Shown piece after piece: positions 1 to 9,674 of a stretch of 64,000 nucleotides of DNA. The notes beneath the pieces are model-generated. The model did no database searches. It was not told where the DNA came from and saw only the letters and a list, made by a program, of their open reading frames with translations. The stretch is from sequence record DRR723986_16857; one strand, 5' to 3'. The translations under genes and the position numbers were made by a program. Numbering within the stretch: position 1 is the stretch's first letter; each line of letters begins with the position of its first letter.

Positions 1-2
1 GT

Positions 3-383
3 GAAGATCGCGGGCGAGGTGAAGATCGCGAAGAAGTGGCTGACGAAGGCGTGAGCTTCCGTGACGATGACGATGCGGAAGTCGCAGAGGAGTCTGGCGA
101 AGAGCGTCGTGGGCGCCGCCGCCGCAGACCACGTCGTCGCGATGAAGAAGGTGAATCGGGTGAGCGTGAAGGTCGACGCAGTCGGCCCGCACGGCGAGAT
201 CGTCAACGCTCTGAAGAGACCGACGAATTCGACGGTGACGGTGAACAAGGCGAACGTATCGGAAAAAATGTACCAACCTGGACCGACAGTTTGGAAACGA
301 TCATCGCCGCGAATACCGAGAACCACAAACGCAATGAAGGGCGTTCGTCACGAGGGCGATCGCGTGGTCGTCGCCAGTCGTAA
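3..383 (+). CDS. C-terminal part of an acidic/Arg-rich low-complexity hypothetical protein (5' end outside window)
   Basis: Frame open from position 3 to TAA at 381-383; E/D- and R-rich, ends ...VPTWTDSLETIIAANTENH... Confidence 0.6.
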   Translation, partial: EDRGRGEDREEVADEGVSFRDDDDAEVAEESGEERRGRRRRRPRRRDEEGESGEREGRRSRPARRDRQRSEETDEFDGDGEQGERIGKNVPTWTDSLETIIAANTENHKRNEGRSSRGRSRGRRQS

Positions 384-475
384 TTGGGCCGCGGGCAATA
401 ATTCCATACTTCGGAAGCAGGTTTGGGCTTCGGGCTCCTTCTAATTCGGGGCTCAAGAGCGTACATTAAAGTTGT

Positions 476-598
476 TGGAGATGGCTTGCTTGGCAGTGGC
501 TCTCGCGAGGGGGAGCCGTGAACCTGGTCAGGACTTAATTGTAGCAGCCATAAGCGGGGTACTCTTGTGCGAGGGCCTCTGCTGAGCAATCCTCTCCA
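476..598 (+). ncRNA. ffs: Bacterial small SRP (4.5S) RNA
   Basis: Long hairpin (TGGAGATGGCTTGCTTGGCAG pairs with CTGCTGAGCAATCCTCTCCA) with helix-8 signature GTCAGG-N10-AGCAGCC; directly upstream of dnaX; TACATT -10-like box at 462-467. Confidence 0.85.
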
Positions 599-815
599 CG
601 ACAATAATGAAGCAGCAAATGCCCGGGCGTCGCATCAGCACACCATCGCCATAGCGACTGGAGTGTACTGAACCGCACGGCAAATGCGCCTCATGATGCG
701 GAGCCATCGGAAGAAGCCTACCAATCAACGGCGGCTTTTCCTTCTCGACTGCCCTGGCTCTTGCTCGGTTTTTCTGTGGTGGAATGTTTCGGCAATTCGA
801 ACTTGGCCTCCGAGT

Positions 816-3038
816 ATGGAACAGACTGAAACGCACAACGACGGCCAAGCTTACACCGTCGTCGCACGCCGTTATCGCCCCAGAGCCTTTGATGAGCTGA
901 TTGGCCAGGGGCACGTGGCTCAGGCCCTCAGCAAAGCGATCGAAACGGGACGTGTCGGACACGCCTATCTTTTCACCGGTGCACGTGGTGTTGGGAAGAC
1001 CTCAACGGCGCGGATTTTCGCAAAGGTGCTCAATACTCAAGAGGGAACCGGGGAAGAACTCGCCGAAGAAATTGCGCAGGCAATTGACAGTGGCGAGGAC
1101 ATGGACACGATCGAAATTGATGGTGCCAGTAATCGTGGTATTGAGGAAATTCGTCAGTTGCGGGCCAATGTGAATGTCCGCCCAAGTCGTGCACGGTTCA
1201 AGATCTATATCATTGACGAAGTGCACATGCTGACGAACCAGGCGTTCAACGCGCTTCTGAAGACGCTCGAAGAACCGCCTCCGCACGTCAAGTTTATCTT
1301 CTGCACAACTGACCCGGACAAGATCCCGATCACCGTCCTGTCGCGTTGCCAGCGATTCGACTTCGCTCCCGTCAAATTCGAAGCGATTCAAAAGCGACTA
1401 GGTGAGATCGCCGTCGCAGAAGGGTTTGAAGCTGACGACGAAGCTTTAGCTCTATTGGCCCGACGCGCTGCGGGCTCGATGCGCGATAGCCAATCGCTGC
1501 TTGAGCAGGTGATGAGCTTCTCGAGTGAACGGATCACTGCCGAACAAGTCCACGAGCTGCTCGGTACGGCCGATGAAGGGCGCTTGCTCGAGTTAACAAA
1601 TGCACTCGCCGACAAGAAACCGCTTGAGTCGTTGCAGATTATTGCGTCGGCGATTCAGGGCGGAACAGATCCCGGGCAATTTGCCGAACAACTGCTGAAT
1701 TACTTCCGCGATCTGATGGCCGTCGGCATTGGCGGTGGCCCGGACGTCTTGCTGCTGGCGAATCCGGCTGGTATCGAGGACCTGAAGGCACTTTCGGAGC
1801 GGCTGGGTGTTCAGACGTTGCTCTCTGCCATTGGTATTCTGGACGAAGCTATCGTTCGGATGCGGGCAAGTGTTTCGGCCGCAACGCTGTTCGAAGTGGC
1901 CGTTGTACAGATTTGCCAGCTCGAACAGATTGCTTCCATTCCGGCTCTGCTTGAGTTAGTCGCTCAAGGGGCCGCGACAGACGGCGAAAAAAAAAAGTTA
2001 GCCGGTGATGCGGCTCGTGCATCCGCAGGACCTGTCGACAGCTTGACCACCGGTACTGAGGCCTCCGCTGTTGACTCCCCTGCCCCGCAGCCAGCGGCTA
2101 GCCCCGCTAATCAATCTTCATCCGGTGCCCCATCTGATTCGCAGGGCATTGTCGCTGCTCCTTCCGCTGGTGATCCATCTGCCCTTGCGCAGCAGGAAGG
2201 AACCGCCAAAGGTGAACAAGTTGCGGATCCAGCCAGGCAAGTTGCTTCGGATGTGGCCGGTGAACGAAATGGCAAAACAACCGCGTCGGTAACCGATCGC
2301 GACAATGCACCAGTAGGAAACAATCAGGCTCCCGCACCTTCCTCGCAGTCCGCAGCTAGCGGGAGTACAAATGGCCAGGCAACCGACTCTTCAGCATCAA
2401 CTGGCAGCTCAGCATCAGCGTCAGCCGACAGTCCACCCTCGGCCGAAAGTCCGGGCAATGCAACTGGCGGCGCTGCGAACGACGCTACTACTGGCGGTGC
2501 CAACAGTGCCCCTGCGAACAGTGCCCCTGCGAACAGTACTCCTGCGAACAGTACTCCGGCCAATAATACCCAGGCGACGAGCGGCTCCGGCGTGGGAACT
2601 GACGCGGCAACTGGTGCGGCAAATGGCGTTTCTTCCGACGCGGCGAGTGGTTCTTCGCATTCTCTGAAGCTATGGAAGAAGGCAGTTGGAACCATTGATG
2701 GAATGCTGTCGGATGTCGCTGGGTTGGCGGTCGAGATACAAACCCAGGGTGCCGACACGTGGAAAGTCGTCTTTCCACCCGGTGGGCAAAAGCCTCGTGA
2801 GTATTGCGAAGTTGGCGATCGACGGAGCATTCTTCAGAAAACGCTGGCGAAAGAGCTTGGGCGCGAGATCCAGTTGCAGTTCGCTGTAAAGCCGGGCGAA
2901 ATTGTTCGAACGGCCCGCGTTGAACCTCAGTCGACTAACCGCGTCAAGAAAATGCGTGAAGTCTCTGAAGACCCATACGTGAAGAAACTGTGCGAAGCCC
3001 TTGGCGGCGAAATCGTCAAAGTGGACTCGCCGCGATAA
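816..3038 (+). CDS. dnaX: DNA polymerase III subunit gamma/tau
   Basis: ARRYRP, HAYLFTGARGVGKTS (Walker A), IIDEVHML and SRC motifs; ATG at 816 preferred over the ORF-track start 684. Confidence 0.97.
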   Translation: MEQTETHNDGQAYTVVARRYRPRAFDELIGQGHVAQALSKAIETGRVGHAYLFTGARGVGKTSTARIFAKVLNTQEGTGEELAEEIAQAIDSGEDMDTIEIDGASNRGIEEIRQLRANVNVRPSRARFKIYIIDEVHMLTNQAFNALLKTLEEPPPHVKFIFCTTDPDKIPITVLSRCQRFDFAPVKFEAIQKRLGEIAVAEGFEADDEALALLARRAAGSMRDSQSLLEQVMSFSSERITAEQVHELLGTADEGRLLELTNALADKKPLESLQIIASAIQGGTDPGQFAEQLLNYFRDLMAVGIGGGPDVLLLANPAGIEDLKALSERLGVQTLLSAIGILDEAIVRMRASVSAATLFEVAVVQICQLEQIASIPALLELVAQGAATDGEKKKLAGDAARASAGPVDSLTTGTEASAVDSPAPQPAASPANQSSSGAPSDSQGIVAAPSAGDPSALAQQEGTAKGEQVADPARQVASDVAGERNGKTTASVTDRDNAPVGNNQAPAPSSQSAASGSTNGQATDSSASTGSSASASADSPPSAESPGNATGGAANDATTGGANSAPANSAPANSTPANSTPANNTQATSGSGVGTDAATGAANGVSSDAASGSSHSLKLWKKAVGTIDGMLSDVAGLAVEIQTQGADTWKVVFPPGGQKPREYCEVGDRRSILQKTLAKELGREIQLQFAVKPGEIVRTARVEPQSTNRVKKMREVSEDPYVKKLCEALGGEIVKVDSPR
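1987..1997 (+). other. A10G slippery sequence in dnaX (candidate frameshift/transcriptional slippage site)
   Basis: GAA AAA AAA AAG TTA; TAG at 1999-2001 in the +1 frame and TGA at 2006-2008 in the -1 frame. Confidence 0.75.
2499..2573 (+). repeat. 15-bp tandem repeat (about 5 copies) encoding ANSAP/ANSTP in the DnaX linker
   Basis: GCSAACAGTRCYCCK units at 2499, 2514, 2529, 2544 and a degenerate copy at 2559. Confidence 0.85.
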
Positions 3039-3110
3039 TACAACTCAACCGTACGACTGGCCGCATCAAGCAAATGACGACGGCGCGTACCTCAACGAAG
3101 GAATTCGACT

Positions 3111-3455
3111 ATGTTCAAGAATCTCAACGGCCTCGCCCAAATGCTGCGTAACGCCAGTTCAATGGGCGAAAAGGTCAAGGAAATGCGTGAGTCCTTGGCT
3201 CGGGAGACCGTCACCGGGGCCAGTGGTGGGGATATGGTCACGGTGGAAGTCAGCGGTGTGGGTGAAGTGAAGAAGCTGCGGGTTGCACCGGAGCTGATTT
3301 CCGGAGGCGATGTTGAGATGATCGAGGAACTCATTCCCGCAGCACTCAATGAAGCGCTGGCCAAGGTGCGGCAGATGCACGTGGAAAAGATGAAAGAGGC
3401 CACCGGTGGCATCGACATTCCTGGACTCGACGACGCTATCGCGAATATGGGCTAG
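3111..3455 (+). CDS. ybaB: YbaB/EbfC family nucleoid-associated protein
   Basis: VTGASGGDMVTVEVSG motif; conserved dnaX-ybaB-recR order. Confidence 0.93.
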   Translation: MFKNLNGLAQMLRNASSMGEKVKEMRESLARETVTGASGGDMVTVEVSGVGEVKKLRVAPELISGGDVEMIEELIPAALNEALAKVRQMHVEKMKEATGGIDIPGLDDAIANMG

Positions 3456-3458
3456 TCG

Positions 3459-4058
3459 ATGAGTGAGCACTCTGGTTCTGTTGCAGAATTGATCGAGCGA
3501 CTAGGGCAATTGCCGGGCATCGGTCGCAAGTCGGCCGAGCGATTGGCTTTTCACCTGCTGCGCGTCAGTAAGGGCGAAGCTCTCGCGTTGTCCGATGCTA
3601 TCCGCGCTGTCCGCGAGAACGTCTGCTATTGCAAAGAGTGCTTCAACTTCGCAGAGTCCGAATACTGTGCAATTTGTAGCGATGCTGGTCGAGATTCGAA
3701 CTTGCTGTGCGTCGTTGAACAGCCCCGAGATCTAATGGCCATTGAACAGGCTGGCGTGTTCCGTGGCGTCTACCATGTTTTGCTCGGGCGGATCGCACCG
3801 CTTGAAGGGATTGGGCCCGATCAGTTGACGATCGACGCGCTCGTTGAACGAGTTCGCCGAGGCAACTTCCGCGAAATCGTCATGGCGACGAATCCGAATG
3901 TTGAAGGCGACGGTTCGGCTCTGTACATCACCAACCAACTCTCGGAATTCCCAGTTCAGGTGACCAGGCTTGCCCGTGGCATCACCACTGGCAGCGTCTT
4001 GGAGCATGCGAATCGTGAAATTCTCGCCGACGCACTGACCGGACGACAAAAACTGTAG
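3459..4058 (+). CDS. recR: Recombination mediator RecR
   Basis: LPGIGRKSAERLA HhH, C4 zinc finger, YHVLLG and ATNPNVEGD Toprim motifs. Confidence 0.97.
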   Translation: MSEHSGSVAELIERLGQLPGIGRKSAERLAFHLLRVSKGEALALSDAIRAVRENVCYCKECFNFAESEYCAICSDAGRDSNLLCVVEQPRDLMAIEQAGVFRGVYHVLLGRIAPLEGIGPDQLTIDALVERVRRGNFREIVMATNPNVEGDGSALYITNQLSEFPVQVTRLARGITTGSVLEHANREILADALTGRQKL

Positions 4059-4106
4059 ACATCGCAGTTTCCGAACTGCTAGCACTGAATCGCCAGCCAA
4101 TTGCAC

Positions 4107-4121
4107 GCAATTTCTGTGCCA
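4107..4121 (-). promoter_or_regulatory. sigma54 -24/-12 site in reverse orientation upstream of rpoN
   Basis: Minus strand reads TGGCAC-AGAAA-TTGC. Confidence 0.65.
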
Positions 4122-4305
4122 AATCTAGAGTTCTTTCCGCCCGACGTGACAAGAAGGTGATAAAATTCACCTAAACGAGAGTGCTGAAGTCCTCAGCGCT
4201 GTAGCTCCAGGTTGCCCTAGGCACGTATTGATGCGTGCGAGTATTGAAGGGTGTTCCGCGGCTTCGCGATTCATCTTGTCCAACTCATTCTGTCGAGTAC
4301 AGATC

Positions 4306-5793
4306 ATGCGTTTATCATTCGGAATGGAAACCCGTCAGCTTCAGACACAGAAGCTGTCACCAAAGATGATCCAGTCCATGGAGATTCTTCAATTGCCTGT
4401 GATCGCGCTGCAAGAACGCGTTGAGCAGGAATTGAATGAGAATCCGATGCTGGAGACTCAGGAAGATGATGACGCTCTCCCGGAGACACGCGATGAAAAG
4501 GTAGATCCTGACAAGCCGACCGAAAGCGAGAAAGAGCTCGTCGTACAAGATGATCAATCCAATAGCGAGGATTTTGAACGTCTTGAAAACATGGCCGGCG
4601 AGATGCCGCAAAGCTTCGACGACTTTCGGACATCGGCCGATAGGACTCAGCAGGCACAAGACCGTCAGCATGACTTGATGGCGAACGCTATGGAGCGTCC
4701 TGAGTCGCTTAACGACTACTTGATGCACCAATTGGCTGAATTGGATATTGATTCCGAAGTTGAACAAATCGGCGAACGGATCATCTCAACACTCGATGCT
4801 CGCAATGGTGGCTACTTCAAGAGCAGCCTGCGTGACTTGTTGCCCGCCGAACACACCGAAGAAGACCTTGACCTTGCTGAGCAGGCCCTGACCGTCGTCC
4901 AATCTTTGGATCCGCCCGGCATTGCCGCACGCAATCTAAGCGAATGTCTGTTGAATCAGCTCTCGCCAGACTTCCCGCATTACGCCGAACTGAAAGTCCT
5001 GATTGAAAGCCATCTGGAGGATTTAGCAGAGAACCGCCTGCCTCTGATCGAAAAGAAAACGGGGCTGTCCATTGAGCAGATCCAGGAGGCGCGAGCAGAA
5101 TTCCACGGCCTAAATCCCAAGCCAGGTGCTGCGTTTCTCGAAACCTACGTGCCCATCGTGAGCCCAGACGTCGTGGTAGAACTCGACGACGAAGGCAACT
5201 ACAAGATTCGTTTGGAAGACGACCGCGTTCCCCAGTTGCGTATCAGTGACTACTACCGAAAACGCTTGGCGGCTCCCAACGTAACTCAGGAAGAACGTGA
5301 GTTTATACGTCGGAAGATTGAGTCGGCGAATTGGTTGGTTGAGGCGATTCAGCAGCGGCGCAGTACCGTTCAAAAGGTTGCTCAAGCAATCGTGGACCAT
5401 CAAAAGAAATTCTTAGACGATGGCCCCGAACACATCGAACCGCTCAAGATGCAACAGATTGCGGATGTAGTCGGCGTGCACGTCACAACGATCAGTCGGG
5501 CCGTTGACGACAAATGGATTCAAACACCGCGAGGTATCTTTCCGCTCAAGCGGTTCTTTGTGCATGGCACTCGAAGCGAGGGCGGAGAGGATGTCGCCTG
5601 GGAAACGATTCGGCTGAAGCTGACGGATCTCATCGAGAAGGAAGACAAGCTCAAGCCATTCAGTGACGATGACCTCGTTAAGGAGCTCGCAAAGAGCGGT
5701 CTCACTGTGGCGCGGCGAACGATAACCAAATATCGCAAAAAGCTTGGGATTCCAAGTAGCCGGCAGCGTAAGGATTGGTCAAAGAAGAAGTAG
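4306..5793 (+). CDS. rpoN: RNA polymerase sigma-54 factor
   Basis: Q/L-rich region I, DPPGIAARNLSECL, HVTTISRAV and RpoN box ARRTITKYR; ATG at 4306. Confidence 0.97.
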   Translation: MRLSFGMETRQLQTQKLSPKMIQSMEILQLPVIALQERVEQELNENPMLETQEDDDALPETRDEKVDPDKPTESEKELVVQDDQSNSEDFERLENMAGEMPQSFDDFRTSADRTQQAQDRQHDLMANAMERPESLNDYLMHQLAELDIDSEVEQIGERIISTLDARNGGYFKSSLRDLLPAEHTEEDLDLAEQALTVVQSLDPPGIAARNLSECLLNQLSPDFPHYAELKVLIESHLEDLAENRLPLIEKKTGLSIEQIQEARAEFHGLNPKPGAAFLETYVPIVSPDVVVELDDEGNYKIRLEDDRVPQLRISDYYRKRLAAPNVTQEEREFIRRKIESANWLVEAIQQRRSTVQKVAQAIVDHQKKFLDDGPEHIEPLKMQQIADVVGVHVTTISRAVDDKWIQTPRGIFPLKRFFVHGTRSEGGEDVAWETIRLKLTDLIEKEDKLKPFSDDDLVKELAKSGLTVARRTITKYRKKLGIPSSRQRKDWSKKK

Positions 5794-5811
5794 CTGCGGT
5801 TTGTTCTGAGG

Positions 5812-6921
5812 CTACGGCGATTTGGACTCAACTACGGCTCGCAGATTCTTCGCTGCCCATTTGGCCGCCTCGGCAATCAGTGGCTCATCGTCGCTGACCA
5901 AATTCTCTACCTCGGGCAGCATTTCGACCAGCGAATTGGAAACGGTAAGAAGCAATGCGTTGCGAACAAGACCGCGACGCTTATTTCGCCAGAACGGAGT
6001 CTTCCGGTACAGACTCCGGAAGTCCTCTTCCGAAGTGCGCAGCATCTCACGGATGTCCACTTTACGTTTCTCGGCATCGTACCTGAATTCTTCCACCTCG
6101 GTAGATTCGCTCTTGCGATTCCATGGACAAACCTCCTGGCAGACATCGCATCCGAAAACCCAGCCGTCCAGTTGAGGGACCAGAGGGGCTTCCACCATTT
6201 CTCGGTGTTCAATCGTTAGATAGCTAATGCATTTCGTTGCATCCAATGTGTAGGCGGCGGGAAAGGCCCCTGTTGGACAAGCGTCCAGGCAGGCAGTGCA
6301 AGTGCCGCAGTAGCTATGAGGCTGCTCTGTATCAACGGGTAGTTCCAAATCGGTCAGCAGAGCGGCCAAGAAGAAGTAGCTGCCGTATTGGCGATTCAAC
6401 AACAGTGTGTTCTTGCCGATCCAGCCAAGTCCTGCCCTGGCAGCGAACTCCCTTTCAAGCAGCGGCGCGGTATCAACAACTCCTCGCACGTTCGCATTCG
6501 GGGCTAGCGAAACGACATAACGCTTCAATTCTTTGAGTTTCTTGTGAATGACGTCGTGGTAATCGCTGTCGAAGGAAGCATACCTCGCAACTTTTCCATG
6601 CTCTGCACCGGATTGTTGGGTTGGTGAAGCCGTGGGCTGGGCCGTTCTGTCAAAGTCGCGATCGTTGGTGCCGTACTGCATAGCCAGCATGACAATGGTG
6701 CGACATCCGTCGAGTACAAGCTTGGGATCGGCGTACGCGTCAAATCGCTGCTCGATGTACGTCATCTGACCCGCGTAGCCATTTTCTAACCAACGCCGCA
6801 ATTCCCCAAGCCTTGCGGGCGTCGCCGATGCTGCGATTCCGCTGAGCGAGAAGCCAAGCTGAGTCGCTCGCTGCTTGATGGCTAAGGCAAGCTCCTCATT
6901 ATTCGGCAAGATGATACCCAC
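5812..6921 (-). CDS. queG: tRNA epoxyqueuosine(34) reductase QueG
   Basis: DYH, VDTAPLLER, GLGWIGKN, CGTCTACLDACPT, CISYLTIE and FGCDVCQEVCPWN motifs. Confidence 0.95.
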   Translation of the reverse strand: MGIILPNNEELALAIKQRATQLGFSLSGIAASATPARLGELRRWLENGYAGQMTYIEQRFDAYADPKLVLDGCRTIVMLAMQYGTNDRDFDRTAQPTASPTQQSGAEHGKVARYASFDSDYHDVIHKKLKELKRYVVSLAPNANVRGVVDTAPLLEREFAARAGLGWIGKNTLLLNRQYGSYFFLAALLTDLELPVDTEQPHSYCGTCTACLDACPTGAFPAAYTLDATKCISYLTIEHREMVEAPLVPQLDGWVFGCDVCQEVCPWNRKSESTEVEEFRYDAEKRKVDIREMLRTSEEDFRSLYRKTPFWRNKRRGLVRNALLLTVSNSLVEMLPEVENLVSDDEPLIAEAAKWAAKNLRAVVESKSP

Positions 6922-7100
6922 GGCGATATTGGGGAAAGTAACGGTTGTATTGGCTGGGCAATCCGTGCTTCTCGGCGGAAGCTGGGAATGGTGTTGAATT
7001 GGGCCCGCGGCTGATTAGCGTGGAAAGTACTCAATCCGTTGATCCGTTCATGGCCGTCAGCAAAGCGCCATGACATTGCTTATTGTAAGAGAACAGCACC

Positions 7101-7541
7101 ATGCGCACGATCGCCGCTTTCTGTTTGAGCTTAACTTTGTTGCCTGCCCTTGTCTCATCGGCCCATGCCCAAGGCGGTCTCTTCTGGGGAGCCAATGGCT
7201 TTTATGGCAACGGTGGCATCATCTCTGGGCCACAGCCGTACATTCCCGCGCCGCCGTACTTCGCCCTGCATCCACCGGTCTACTACGGCAAACGTTACGT
7301 ACGGCCCTACGGTGCGAGCCCCTTTGCTAGCCGATCGATGCTAAATTCCAATCCAGCGTATGCTCCTGAACTTGCGCCGGCGATTCGCCAGTATCCGGTT
7401 GAGCACATCGTGAACCCGTATCACACGAGTGCGGCACTTCCCAAACCTGCCCTGGCAGAACAGGCTAAGCCAAAGGCTGGGCCACGGGTCATTGAGAACC
7501 CGTATTTCAGGGAAGAGTCGGTACAGTACACGGTCCACTAG
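7101..7541 (+). CDS. Secreted hypothetical protein (PPYFALHPPVYYG motif)
   Basis: Signal peptide ending AHA|Q; Pro/Tyr/Gly-rich. Confidence 0.7.
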   Translation: MRTIAAFCLSLTLLPALVSSAHAQGGLFWGANGFYGNGGIISGPQPYIPAPPYFALHPPVYYGKRYVRPYGASPFASRSMLNSNPAYAPELAPAIRQYPVEHIVNPYHTSAALPKPALAEQAKPKAGPRVIENPYFREESVQYTVH

Positions 7542-7553
7542 AGCAAAGCGTTG

Positions 7554-8789
7554 CTACTGAATCCGCTCAGTCTTGATCACCTGGCTGAGTATTTTTCCAT
7601 CCGGAAGGCGAGTCACTATGTGCTCGCCTTCTTGCGTTTGGTCTACGGATCTTAACGTCTTGTTACTTTCCTCTGCGGCGGTCAGGCTGTAGCCCCGCGT
7701 CAGAACTCCCAGTGGCGAGAGTGCTTCCGTAGCTCGAGCTAGGGAGGCGAGTTTTTCACGACCGCTTTCTACGCGATCCTTGATAGCTCTTGCTCCTCGG
7801 GCTTCGAGTTCATCGATTTGCTGTCGACGAAGTAGGTGTACATCGTGAGGGCGGCTCAAGATACTGCGTGTTGAGAGTGCTTCGAGCTGTTTGGCCATCA
7901 CCGTATAACGTGACCAAACGTTGCGGGTCAGGCGTTGCTTGATCGCGTCGAGTCGCTGACCAAGTTCAAGCTTGTTGGGAAACAGAATCTGCGCGGCATG
8001 GGTGGGAGTCAGCGCCCTTGCGTCAGCCGCTAAGTCTGAGAGTGTGACATCGATTTCGTGTCCAACGGCAGAAACGGTTGGCACCCGGCAGGCTGCCAAC
8101 GTCCGGACAACGCGTTCTTCATTGAAGGCCCATAGGTCTTCAAGGCTGCCACCACCGCGACCGACCACGATGATGTCGATATCGGGAATCCGCGAAGCCG
8201 CCTCAATGCCGCGTGAGATCTCGTCCTTGGCTTGGTCACCTTGAACACGAGCAGGGACGACCAGCAATTCGAAGTCGTTCCACAGATCGGCCGATGCTTG
8301 AAGAAAATCATGAATTGCCGCGCCGGAAGGGCTGGTGACAAATGCAATCCGCCGAGGAAACTTTGGCAGCGGTTGTTTCGCCTCGGCTGCAAAAAGTCCT
8401 TCAGCAGAAAGCTTGTTCCGCAGTTGCTCAAGGGCCAACTGCAGCGGACCAACTCCCTGCGGAACAACATTGGACACAATGAGTTGGTAGCTTCCGCGCG
8501 GCGGATAAACCTCAACAGCGCCGCGGCAAACGATCGACATGCCATCGCGAAGTTTGAACTTCATTCGCTGAGCGGTAGACCGCCAAATGACAGCCCGAAC
8601 TTGGCTGCGGTCGTCCTTAAGTGTGAAATAGATATGACCACTGGCAGGACGCGAAAGGTCGCTGATTTCGCCTTCCGCCCACAAGCTCGGCATCGCCTGC
8701 TCAAGTAAATTCTTGACGTACCAGTTTAGCTGGCTGATGCTGAGCGGCGATTCCGCTTCGTGCCCTCGTGCTTCCAAGTTGCCATCCAT
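7554..8789 (-). CDS. xseA: Exodeoxyribonuclease VII large subunit
   Basis: GEIS, SGHIYFTLKD, TSPSGAAIHD, RGGGSLEDLWAFN and VGHEID motifs. Confidence 0.96.
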   Translation of the reverse strand: MDGNLEARGHEAESPLSISQLNWYVKNLLEQAMPSLWAEGEISDLSRPASGHIYFTLKDDRSQVRAVIWRSTAQRMKFKLRDGMSIVCRGAVEVYPPRGSYQLIVSNVVPQGVGPLQLALEQLRNKLSAEGLFAAEAKQPLPKFPRRIAFVTSPSGAAIHDFLQASADLWNDFELLVVPARVQGDQAKDEISRGIEAASRIPDIDIIVVGRGGGSLEDLWAFNEERVVRTLAACRVPTVSAVGHEIDVTLSDLAADARALTPTHAAQILFPNKLELGQRLDAIKQRLTRNVWSRYTVMAKQLEALSTRSILSRPHDVHLLRRQQIDELEARGARAIKDRVESGREKLASLARATEALSPLGVLTRGYSLTAAEESNKTLRSVDQTQEGEHIVTRLPDGKILSQVIKTERIQ

Positions 8790-8800
8790 ATTCGCTTCCT

Positions 8801-9622
8801 TTACGCCAGCCCAGGTTCATCACTTGGTGCAATCCAGCGATCTGCAGAGAGTTCTGGAGGTAGTGGTTGGAGCAACGTTGAGGGTGGATTCCGAGTCAGT
8901 TGAACTCCGGGCAGCGAGCATTTTCGGTCGGCCCAGTCTTCCGCCAAATTCGTCAGCTCGTTCAAGATATTTTCAACGTGTTGCCTATAGACTTCAATCT
9001 GCTGCCGGTCGCAATCCGCTGGGATCTGAATTCGGTTACCAAGCACTGTGCGGCAGCGGCTGTATGGGCGCGGAATCGGAAACTTGTCCCAACTGCTGGG
9101 ATTACGCCACGGGTGATCGTAGCCGGCACCGAGCGGGATGATGGGGATCTGAAGTCGACTGGACAAGTAGATGCACCCCTGAGCTAGCTTGCGACGCGGA
9201 CCTCGGGGACCATCTGGCGTGATTGCCAGGCTCATGCCGTCGCCCCGCTTGATCAATTCTCGCAGGGCGGATGTTCCACCGCGGCTGGTAGAGCCACGAA
9301 CCGCCTCTAAGCCGGCAAATTTTGCCGCGTGCTCGAGAATTTCTGCATCTTGATGTTGGCTAACCAGCATTGCAAGTTTGCAGTGTGGTCGCAGGTAGAC
9401 TGGGATGGGGATGTACTCGTGCCAGAAAACGAAAATCGCAGGGCCGCGAAAGAGCTCGTGCCCCGGATCTGCTTCATCTTCGTAACGATGCACTCGATAG
9501 TTCAGCGTTGACATCCACGAGTTGATCAGCCGGATGACACCGTAGCCTGAACCACGCCAGACCGTTCTCGGTGGCTTGATGCGGCGAAGCTGCTTGCGAA
9601 GCGCCAATGGGATTTTCGGCAT
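8801..9622 (-). CDS. DUF374 / lysophospholipid acyltransferase-like protein
   Basis: FWH, VSQHQDAE, VRGSTSRGG, ITPDGPRGP and SWDKF motifs. Confidence 0.85.
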   Translation of the reverse strand: MPKIPLALRKQLRRIKPPRTVWRGSGYGVIRLINSWMSTLNYRVHRYEDEADPGHELFRGPAIFVFWHEYIPIPVYLRPHCKLAMLVSQHQDAEILEHAAKFAGLEAVRGSTSRGGTSALRELIKRGDGMSLAITPDGPRGPRRKLAQGCIYLSSRLQIPIIPLGAGYDHPWRNPSSWDKFPIPRPYSRCRTVLGNRIQIPADCDRQQIEVYRQHVENILNELTNLAEDWADRKCSLPGVQLTRNPPSTLLQPLPPELSADRWIAPSDEPGLA

Positions 9623-9674
9623 GCTCGTTACTCAGTGAACTGTGGGCAGAACGTAGTGTGTTGGTCGCAGCCGC

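Noticed and set aside
684-815. Upstream ORF-track starts for dnaX (likewise rpoN, the KAS gene, nth and the Gfo/Idh/MocA gene)
   Set aside because: The extensions are not protein-like and precede the conserved N-terminal motifs; downstream ATGs were chosen.
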